Shown here: positions 48,421 to 56,376 of the stretch, piece by piece
Layout of the letters: each line of letters starts with the position of its first letter
Numbering within the stretch: position 1 is the first letter of the stretch
Origin: a virus
Taxonomy: Duplodnaviria; Caudoviricetes
Reading direction: 5' to 3' (one strand)
IMG/VR virus record: IMGVR_UViG_3300032038_007781
Coordinates: 32,001 to 96,000 of that record
Length of the DNA: 64,000 nucleotides
Position numbers and translations under genes: made by a program
Notes under the pieces: generated by a model
What the model saw: the letters and a program-made list of their open reading frames with translations, nothing else
The model's database searches: none
What the model was told of the DNA's origin: nothing

Positions 48421-49539
48421 ATGGTTAAAAGATTAACAACTGAAGAATTTATAAAAAGGTCTAATATAATTCATTCGAACAAGTATAACTACTCAAAAAC
48501 TAATTATATCAATGCAAGGACTAAGGTATGTATAATATGTCCAGAACACGGAGAATTTTATGTTTTACCAAATTCTCATTTACAGGGCTATGGGTGCAAG
48601 AAATGTGCAGATGCTTTAAAAAGTTCTTCAACTGAAGAATTTATTAAAAAGGCTAAAGAAAAGCATGGCGATGCATATGATTATGATAAAGTCAATTATG
48701 TAAATGCAAGAACTAAAGTAATTATAACTTGCAAAAAATGTGGTAATAGCTTTTTGCAAAAGCCGAATTCGCACCTTAATGGATGCGGGTGTCCGTATTG
48801 TAATGGTACAAAACATTTATCAACAGAAGAATTCATAGAAAAATCTAAAGCTATACACGGCAATAAATATGATTATTCAAAAACTAAATATGTAAGTGAA
48901 AATTCAAAAATTAAAATAATATGCCCAAAACACGGTGAATTTTATCAGCGCCCTTATGACCACATGGTTGGATGTGGGTGTGATAAATGTGGTGGTACTA
49001 AAAAATTAACCACAGAAGAATTTATTAAAAAGGCAAAAGAAGTCCATGGCAATAAATACGATTATAGGAATGTTAAATATAAAAGCTATAAAGATAATGT
49101 TGCAATTTTATGCCCAAAGCATGGTGAATTCTATCAACTTCCATCAGAGCATCTTAGAGGGCATGGATGCCCTTTATGCAATGAGAGTACACTTGAAAGA
49201 GAAATTAAAGATAAACTACAGGAATTATCAATAGAGTATGTATACCAAAAAAAGTTTGATTGGTTAAAACCTCAATCGTTAGATTTTTATTTGCCAAAAT
49301 ATAATATAGCTATAGAATGCCAAGGAGAGCAGCACTTTAAATCCGTTGACCACTTTGGAGGTGTAGAAGGATTTGTTAAACGTTTAAAGTTAGATGGGTT
49401 AAAGCAAAAAAAATGCCTTGAAAATGGAGTTAGATTGTTGTACTATACAAATCCAAAATACAAACTATTTAAATTCTTATATAATTCCAAAAATACTATA
49501 TTAGATATAAATGACCTATTGAACTTTATTAAATTGTAA
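48421..49539 (+). CDS. putative homing endonuclease (DUF723-type repeats plus Vsr/DUF559-like nuclease)
   Basis: Four TEEFIxKAKxxHG..YDY..C..HG..H..GC..C repeats; QSLDFYLPKYNIAIECQGEQH. Confidence 0.85.
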   Translation: MVKRLTTEEFIKRSNIIHSNKYNYSKTNYINARTKVCIICPEHGEFYVLPNSHLQGYGCKKCADALKSSSTEEFIKKAKEKHGDAYDYDKVNYVNARTKVIITCKKCGNSFLQKPNSHLNGCGCPYCNGTKHLSTEEFIEKSKAIHGNKYDYSKTKYVSENSKIKIICPKHGEFYQRPYDHMVGCGCDKCGGTKKLTTEEFIKKAKEVHGNKYDYRNVKYKSYKDNVAILCPKHGEFYQLPSEHLRGHGCPLCNESTLEREIKDKLQELSIEYVYQKKFDWLKPQSLDFYLPKYNIAIECQGEQHFKSVDHFGGVEGFVKRLKLDGLKQKKCLENGVRLLYYTNPKYKLFKFLYNSKNTILDINDLLNFIKL

Positions 49540-49543
49540 AAAA

Positions 49544-49576
49544 TAAGGTGATGATATATAACGTCACCACCTTATT
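49544..49576. terminator. terminator between convergent genes
   Basis: ATAAGGTG(A)TGA...TCA(C)CACCTTAT stem. Confidence 0.7.
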
Positions 49577-49578
49577 CA

Positions 49579-51462
49579 TTATTTATATCCTGCGAACAAC
49601 CATAAATAACTTCCCATGTTATTCAAGCCATTATTAGTTCTTTTTATGGTTCTTTCATTGTAAAATGGTAAACCATTGTTAGGCGTAATAGGTCTTCCTT
49701 CTGAAGTCCTTGGCTTATTCATATTCATAGCCCCACCCATCATATAAGCATTAAGAATTGATTGGTCTTTATGTTTAGCTTCTTCAAGCCTATTATAGGT
49801 ATACTTCATGACAAATAAAGCCATTGCTAAAGAGCAAATAGTATCATCATGTGCCCCATCTTGGTGATTCATTCTACCTGTTTCACCTTCAAAAATCCAT
49901 GTATCCAATTCATTAGTAACCCTATTAGAGCGTATTTTAAACTCATTTGAACGTACCATACCCGCAAAACTTGCAAGTACAGGATATCTATTTCCTTGAA
50001 AATGGAAACCAGGTAATCTATCAGAAAAATTCATTGGTTTATTTGTTTGATTTTGTACAGTATAAGTTTTCTGATTGGCATCTTCATAATAAAAGTTCTT
50101 ATATCCTAACTGAATCATCGTAAGAATTAATGCATCACCTTGGCCACCTGTACAATCGACCACAACATAGGCTTCATTATAAAGTTTAGCATATTGATAA
50201 ACCATACCACCAATATCATCACCTAATTTTTTGCCTACATATTCACCAACTTGTTCTATGATTGGCATACCATTTTCGTCCCTACCATCCATATCAATTA
50301 TTTCTATAGCAGTCCTATCGGCTGACACGCCCCTGGAGGGGTCCGCTCCAATTATATACCTATGCCCATCAATAGGCTTTTTCCAAAACCAAGTATCTTC
50401 ATTCATAGGGTCTTTAAAATCTTCCAACGGTTCACGAACATTAAGGGTGTTTTGCTGTTCAATAAATTCAGGTGCAACAACGTTATTGGCAGAACCTTGG
50501 AATGATACATCCAACTCCTGAGCAATTTTCATTGAATCGTTGTTGAATGATTTGCACATTTCTTCATACCAAGGTGAACGTGGTGTCCAACCTTTTTGAA
50601 TCATTTCTTCCCAATGTTCCTCATCATATTTTACAGAGCCTTCTTCATCAACTAAATCTTCAACAAACCACTTTAATTCACCTGTTTCTTCGTTTTTCTT
50701 AAACCATTTAAGATTTTTGTTATAACGAGGGTCTTGATACCATCTAAACTGTACGGCAGTAAAGTTGTTTTCGTGAGCTAAAGCTTGCTTATATGTGTTG
50801 TAATAAAGTTCATCGTGACCATTAGGTGTTGATACCATTACAGTCTTTGAATTAGGGTTAGATGCCATACACGCAGCACAAGTAGCATATACAGCTTTAC
50901 CATTTTCAATAAATCCTGCCTCATCAAGTATCAATATAGATACGGCAGAAATACCACGGGCTGCATTTTCACCTGAAGAACGAGCAATTATATGACACCC
51001 ATTAAATAATTCAAGTTCTGATTTACTATCTTTAACAAATATAGATTTTGTGTTTTTATCAGATTTAGGGTCAGGTGAATAATAATCATCACCCCAATAC
51101 CAACGAGGAACTTGTGTTAAAAAGTCCCTCATTTTAGTGATTAACTGATTGGCAAGGTCAAGTTTGTTACCAACGCAAAGAATTGTTTCAGGAGCATCTT
51201 CTGAAGCAAAAACACATTGAGCTGTAGCCCACGCACTGGTAAGCGTTGTTATACCACACTGACGTGGTTTAATAGAAACAATATTTCTTACTTTTGCCAA
51301 TGTTTGTAAGAACACTTTCTGCCTTGGAAAGCAATGAAATTGCGTTTTCTTTCCTTTAGTGGCATTGAAAGTGCTCAAATATTTTTCAATGAAATAAATT
51401 CTTGATTTATCTTGAAATGACTTTATATATTCAGCAGCCATTTCATTAGGGTCAATTATCAT
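49579..51462 (-). CDS. gp17: terminase large subunit (T4 gp17-like)
   Basis: KPRQCGITT (Walker A), LILDEAGF (Walker B), STPNG, QELD, IGADPSRG, HDD. Confidence 0.96.
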   Translation of the reverse strand: MIIDPNEMAAEYIKSFQDKSRIYFIEKYLSTFNATKGKKTQFHCFPRQKVFLQTLAKVRNIVSIKPRQCGITTLTSAWATAQCVFASEDAPETILCVGNKLDLANQLITKMRDFLTQVPRWYWGDDYYSPDPKSDKNTKSIFVKDSKSELELFNGCHIIARSSGENAARGISAVSILILDEAGFIENGKAVYATCAACMASNPNSKTVMVSTPNGHDELYYNTYKQALAHENNFTAVQFRWYQDPRYNKNLKWFKKNEETGELKWFVEDLVDEEGSVKYDEEHWEEMIQKGWTPRSPWYEEMCKSFNNDSMKIAQELDVSFQGSANNVVAPEFIEQQNTLNVREPLEDFKDPMNEDTWFWKKPIDGHRYIIGADPSRGVSADRTAIEIIDMDGRDENGMPIIEQVGEYVGKKLGDDIGGMVYQYAKLYNEAYVVVDCTGGQGDALILTMIQLGYKNFYYEDANQKTYTVQNQTNKPMNFSDRLPGFHFQGNRYPVLASFAGMVRSNEFKIRSNRVTNELDTWIFEGETGRMNHQDGAHDDTICSLAMALFVMKYTYNRLEEAKHKDQSILNAYMMGGAMNMNKPRTSEGRPITPNNGLPFYNERTIKRTNNGLNNMGSYLWLFAGYK

Positions 51463-52403
51463 GTTTTCATAATTTCTTCTAGCAATTTATTTTTATCATC
51501 AATGACATCATATGAATACTTTTTATCTGAATAATATAATAATTTCACACCATTTTGTTTACATAACTTTTTCTTATTTTCATCAAGTTCTTTCCTATGT
51601 ATAAAATCATCTATCCCACCAAAAAAATCTATAGGGTAATAATGCTGTTTGCCTTGACATTCTATAGCAATGTTGTATTCGCTCAAATAAAAATCAATCC
51701 TTTGTAAACCCATCCAGCTAAATCTCTTTTGTTCTTCAAAAGAGATTTTTGATTCTGTTAATAAAGTTCTTATCTCATTTTCTAAAGAAGAAGAATTACA
51801 TTTAGGACACCCTTGCCCTCTCACATGGTTATCCGCTATTTGCTCGAAATCACCATGTATAGGACATTTTATTTTTATAACAGATTTTTCATTTCTATAT
51901 ACTACATTAGAATAATCATATTTATCACCATGCTTTTCTTTGGCATCACTGATGAACTGTTTCAAAGGTTTTACTCTTTTTTTAGCTCTTCTTTCCAAGC
52001 CACATTTTTGGCATCCATTCCCAGATAAATGATAATGTGGTATTTGCTCAAAATCACCATGTATTTTACAAGTTATTGTGACAGGCGTTAAAGCATCCAC
52101 ATATTTAGTTTTTTCATATGAATATTTATCGCCATGCACTTCTTTGGCTCTTTTTATAAACTCTTCAGTTGTTAATGTTTTATTTACTGAATTTTTTTCT
52201 GATGAGCATTTTGGACATCCTTGTCCACAAAGATGTTTGTTTACAGTTTTATAAAATACACCATGTTTCTTGCAAATAATTGGCATTTTTGTTGTATTAC
52301 CTGTATATTCTACGTCATCTTTAATGAATAAAGAATAATCATAAACATTGTTGAAAATAATGTTAGCTTTTTTTACTATATCGTCTTTTGTTAATTTTTT
52401 CAT
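51459..52403 (-). CDS. putative homing endonuclease (DUF723-type repeats plus Vsr/DUF559-like nuclease)
   Basis: Three CxxHG..H..GCxxC repeats; RIDFYLSEYNIAIECQGKQH; ATGA overlap with the terminase start; TATATTTG at 52427-52434. Confidence 0.85.
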   Translation of the reverse strand: MKKLTKDDIVKKANIIFNNVYDYSLFIKDDVEYTGNTTKMPIICKKHGVFYKTVNKHLCGQGCPKCSSEKNSVNKTLTTEEFIKRAKEVHGDKYSYEKTKYVDALTPVTITCKIHGDFEQIPHYHLSGNGCQKCGLERRAKKRVKPLKQFISDAKEKHGDKYDYSNVVYRNEKSVIKIKCPIHGDFEQIADNHVRGQGCPKCNSSSLENEIRTLLTESKISFEEQKRFSWMGLQRIDFYLSEYNIAIECQGKQHYYPIDFFGGIDDFIHRKELDENKKKLCKQNGVKLLYYSDKKYSYDVIDDKNKLLEEIMKT

Positions 52404-52554
52404 TATCACAAATTTACATATTTTAACAAATATATATAAAAAATATTTTTTTAAAAAAGCATACTAATGATTATTATTCATTTTTTTCTTAACATAGTCA
52501 GATTTTGCGTGTGTGTAATTATTTAATCTATCTTTATATTGAAAATAATTATTT

Positions 52555-53847
52555 TCAACCCATCCAATCATCATTCGTCAAATGATTTTTTAAAGGTGAT
52601 AAATGATAAGAATCATTATATTCGTTTTCTTGATTTTCTTCGATGTTGCCTTCTTCTGAAATAGTGTAACTATCTAATTCATCAGCAGTCATATACCCAT
52701 CGCTGATTAAAGAACTATCTACATTTTTTTGTGATATATTATCTAAGAATTCTTGATATTGCATATCATGTTCTATATTTTCTGTAGAACTTAATAAATA
52801 TCCTTTCCCTTTTTTTGTATTAGCTAATATGTTTTTTGTTATATCGAAAAATGCATCTTTTTCTTCAGAGCAATATTGTGCAAAGAAATAAGGAATCATA
52901 TTTGATAGAATATGATATTTGCCAAACATTTTATTCCACAATGGAACACCCAATCTTATATCCCAAGGCTCAGCCATTGCAAAATCCGAACGTTTAATAA
53001 TTGCTTGCGCTTTATGATTATCTTCAGGTAAGCCATGAGAAGAAAATAATTCCATAAATCCACGTATTGTCTCCTTTAAAAGATAAGGGAATATTATACC
53101 CTGTGATTTGATAACAGTTTTATTATCCCCATGTCCTAAATGCACTTCTACATATGATACTAATGTTGGGTTTTTTTTATCTATTTTTTCTTCCTTTACG
53201 AAAATTAAGTAATCATTCAGTGTATTAATCTTTGCATATAAATCAAGTAAATTTTCCAATCCGTGACTTATAAAAAAATCAGCATAATTCTCATCATTTT
53301 CTGATTCTATAACAGAATAACCTTGTATCAATGAATTAATAAACCTTCTTTGTTTTACAATATCATTAACTTGCGAAATTTCATCTACATCATTAAATGT
53401 ATATTCATCGCTATCACCGCTATCTTCAGGTATTACCCTTATTGATTTTTGTGGCGTGACGTTATCAGTCAATTCACAAGTTAAATTAATCGTTTCCTGA
53501 GGTACAGCAAATAATTTATTAACAACATTTTCAACTAACTTATTTAAATGAGGCCTAATACCTCTTTCAATTGACATTGCTTTTGTTGTCAATTTATATA
53601 ACAAATTTTCAGCTTCAATATCATCTAAAGGTAATTCAAATTCTTTCATATTCTCAATTAATTCAGAATATCTTTGCTTAAGAAGCTTATAATCAAAATC
53701 ATAATCTGACGAAGGTGGAAAACATGGACTTTCCCCTAAAGAAGTATTATGAGTTTTAACTGATTTATACACATAATCAGGTAACTTTTCATCCATAAAA
53801 TTCTTTAGTGACGTTAATTTTTCTTCAGATATTATAATTTTTTTCAT
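52555..53847 (-). CDS. hypothetical head-module protein with short leader
   Basis: MKKIIISEEKL leader; RRFINSLIQG, FPYLLKETIRG, AEPWDIRLG. Confidence 0.75.
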   Translation of the reverse strand: MKKIIISEEKLTSLKNFMDEKLPDYVYKSVKTHNTSLGESPCFPPSSDYDFDYKLLKQRYSELIENMKEFELPLDDIEAENLLYKLTTKAMSIERGIRPHLNKLVENVVNKLFAVPQETINLTCELTDNVTPQKSIRVIPEDSGDSDEYTFNDVDEISQVNDIVKQRRFINSLIQGYSVIESENDENYADFFISHGLENLLDLYAKINTLNDYLIFVKEEKIDKKNPTLVSYVEVHLGHGDNKTVIKSQGIIFPYLLKETIRGFMELFSSHGLPEDNHKAQAIIKRSDFAMAEPWDIRLGVPLWNKMFGKYHILSNMIPYFFAQYCSEEKDAFFDITKNILANTKKGKGYLLSSTENIEHDMQYQEFLDNISQKNVDSSLISDGYMTADELDSYTISEEGNIEENQENEYNDSYHLSPLKNHLTNDDWMG

Positions 53848-53848
53848 A

Positions 53849-54292
53849 TTATAATTTTTTTAAAAAATTATCTAATTCTTTTTTAGTAAAATTAATTGAT
53901 TCACCTAAATTAGTTGATGCGCCTTTCATATGTATTTTACCTATTGCAGTACCATTATTTACGGCAGCAGCCAATTGTGGGTTAGATTTAATTGCACTGT
54001 CTATTGTTTTAGATGCATCTGAAGCACCGTTAACGTTAAAATTAGCGATTGTTGGTGTAACTGATTTATTCTTATCAGCGTAGTTTGATAAATTAACATT
54101 AAATGTATTTGCTTCAGGATTGTCAGCCTTAGCAGTATTTAAATCACTTGAAATATTAGAACTACCTGTTGCTGAAGGCGTTACATTAGCTTCTTTATTT
54201 ATATTTGCACCATTATTTAAAGAATCTGAATTAAATGTTAATTCATCTTCTATAAGTTTAAGTTGTCTTTTTTCAAAAATTATTTTTTTCAT
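53849..54292 (-). CDS. hypothetical late protein with short leader
   Basis: MKKIIFEKRQLKLIE; TATTTATA at 54309-54316; C-terminal FTKKELDNFL. Confidence 0.75.
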   Translation of the reverse strand: MKKIIFEKRQLKLIEDELTFNSDSLNNGANINKEANVTPSATGSSNISSDLNTAKADNPEANTFNVNLSNYADKNKSVTPTIANFNVNGASDASKTIDSAIKSNPQLAAAVNNGTAIGKIHMKGASTNLGESINFTKKELDNFLKKL

Positions 54293-54333
54293 ATATGAAA
54301 CTTTTTAATATAAATATTCTATATAAAGCAAAA

Positions 54334-54358
54334 AAGGGAAGCCTATTAGACTTCCCTT
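54334..54358 (-). terminator. intrinsic terminator
   Basis: AAGGGAAG...CTTCCCTT stem with T-run on the minus strand. Confidence 0.75.
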
Positions 54359-54362
54359 ATAT

Positions 54363-54896
54363 TTACCTTCCTGCTACAAAAGGATTATTTCTTTTTACTC
54401 TTTTATTAGTAATTTTTTTTTCATCACGTTTAGTGCCTTTAACTCCTTCTCTATCATTCATATCCAAATCTCCAATAATACCATTAACAATTTCATTAAC
54501 TAACTTATTGTGATATTTCCTTGATTCCATAGGCATTTCTGGCATAGGTTCTTGACTATATTCTTCGTTGCTGTCGTTTCCATTATCATTTTTGGATTGA
54601 CTTTTTGCGTATTTTAGAATTGCATTTTTAGTTTCAATACTTGCACTATTGAAAATATCATCCAATTCTTGTTGGTCAGAATCTTGTGATTGATTATCAG
54701 CACCATCACCCATAGGGTCACTATCATTCATAGGGTCATTGCCACCTGCAGGTTCATTACCTGCCATAGGGTCAGCACCACCCATAGGGTCATTTCCCAT
54801 CATAGGGCCAGCACCACCCATAGGTCCACCCATAGGGTCAGGTGCTGTATACTGTTTTGGTACTTTAATTACATACTTTTCAGTTATCGTATGAAT
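54363..54896 (-). CDS. -1 frame extension of the 471-aa gene (DPM-repeat, acidic)
   Basis: Frame is open from the TTTGGGAAAAAAA slippery run: IHTITEKYVIKVPKQYTAPDP-MGG...; first ATG only at 54833, inside the repeats. Confidence 0.6.
   Translation of the reverse strand: MHTITEKYVIKVPKQYTAPDPMGGPMGGAGPMMGNDPMGGADPMAGNEPAGGNDPMNDSDPMGDGADNQSQDSDQQELDDIFNSASIETKNAILKYAKSQSKNDNGNDSNEEYSQEPMPEMPMESRKYHNKLVNEIVNGIIGDLDMNDREGVKGTKRDEKKITNKRVKRNNPFVAGR
54709..54840 (-). repeat. coding repeats of CATAGGGTCA (xxxDPM units)
   Basis: Repeated GAC CCT ATG codon triplets, mostly at 18-bp periodicity. Confidence 0.85.
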
Positions 54897-56299
54897 TTTT
54901 TTCCCAAATGCCTTTTAATAGATTCTGCAATAGTATTTTCCATTTCTTCTGGGTCAACTACAAACGGAGCACTGCTGCCAATTTTTTCACCATATGGATT
55001 TTCATTATATACGCTTTCATCGTTCATATCATAATATCCAGGGAATTCTTGCTTTGCAGTCTTAGGCAATTCCATTACTTTCTTCTGATAAGCTGGATGT
55101 TTACCAAAATCGTTCAATTTATTCATATTGCCACTTGGGACTCTACCTGCATCAGAAAAAGCTTTCATTTTTTCATCTTCATTAACCATCATTCTTCTGA
55201 ATGCACGTGACTCATATACTTGCACGCCTCTACGGTTACGAGATTCCATAGGCATTTCATCATCATCAAGGTCATCATCTTCGTCTCCATAAAGGTCATC
55301 ATCCTCATAATCACTACTATCAACTGTTGGTTCATCACCACCTACAGCTGTTAATATTGAATCAACCTTATCAGACAAATCAGCAATTTGGTCTTGCAAA
55401 TCGTGAATATCAGGGTCAGTTTCGTCTTCATACTCATATTCAACATCGAATCCATCTTCATCATCAGCCAAGGCGCTATCATCTTCTACATCAGCTTCTC
55501 CATCAATGTCATCAATGTCTTCAGTAATATCTTTGCCTTTAGCATCATCAAAAGGTGCTGAATCACCAATTTCAGTGCCGTGTGATTTATCCAAATATTC
55601 GTCAGCAATGTTACCAGAAGCATCTTTACCTGTTGAATGCCATGCCAATGGTTCAGCAGCTTCATTCATATCTTTCATATCAGAATCTTTTACAGTTTTA
55701 AAATCTTTAACTGCATTTTTTGCGTCACCTGTCTGAGGTGCTTTCTGCTTACCAATATTGTTTTTGCCTTGCGCTTTCACATCAGCTTCACAGCCTTCGC
55801 AAGAGCAAGCTTCTTCAGCGATTGGTTTTAAATTCTGCTCTTTCTTTTCATTGATGCGAGAAGCATTCATCATAATCTGACGTTCACGTGAGATTTCCTT
55901 TCTCAACCTTTCAGTTGATTCTACAGTCAATTCTTCCTGTCTATCAGGGTTCCAAGATTCAACCATAATTTTCTTTTCAGGAGCATTAGCTTCATTGATA
56001 CTCATCATTTTCAAATCAAACTGCTTCTGAGCTTCAGCAAAACTTTTGTATTCATTGTCTTTTCTGTTTCTGAATCCACCGATATATTCGAAATTTTCAG
56101 CTAATTGTCCTTTTTTGTTTGGTGAAGTCTTAATATAGTATTTAGCGCCTTCACGTACAATACCGTATAATTTACCATCAGCACCAACCTTCTGATATTC
56201 AACACCAGTGTAAGCAATATTCTTACCTTCATTAATGCCAAATTTCATAAGGCTTTTCATTCTTGTAAGCTGACTATTTACGTCCTTGCTATTGTTCAT
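54884..56299 (-). CDS. acidic putative prohead-core protein
   Basis: LTRMKSLM...INE N-terminus, YGIVREG.KYYIK domain, many I/M-x-E sites, acidic tracts; TATTTATA at 56340-56347. Confidence 0.7.
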   Translation of the reverse strand: MNNSKDVNSQLTRMKSLMKFGINEGKNIAYTGVEYQKVGADGKLYGIVREGAKYYIKTSPNKKGQLAENFEYIGGFRNRKDNEYKSFAEAQKQFDLKMMSINEANAPEKKIMVESWNPDRQEELTVESTERLRKEISRERQIMMNASRINEKKEQNLKPIAEEACSCEGCEADVKAQGKNNIGKQKAPQTGDAKNAVKDFKTVKDSDMKDMNEAAEPLAWHSTGKDASGNIADEYLDKSHGTEIGDSAPFDDAKGKDITEDIDDIDGEADVEDDSALADDEDGFDVEYEYEDETDPDIHDLQDQIADLSDKVDSILTAVGGDEPTVDSSDYEDDDLYGDEDDDLDDDEMPMESRNRRGVQVYESRAFRRMMVNEDEKMKAFSDAGRVPSGNMNKLNDFGKHPAYQKKVMELPKTAKQEFPGYYDMNDESVYNENPYGEKIGSSAPFVVDPEEMENTIAESIKRHLGKKFIR

Positions 56300-56376
56300 A
56301 ATTTTAAATTATTAATATATATTAATTTTTTATTTTTTATATAAATATCTTTCTTGTCTAAAAAGTAGTAATTTTT

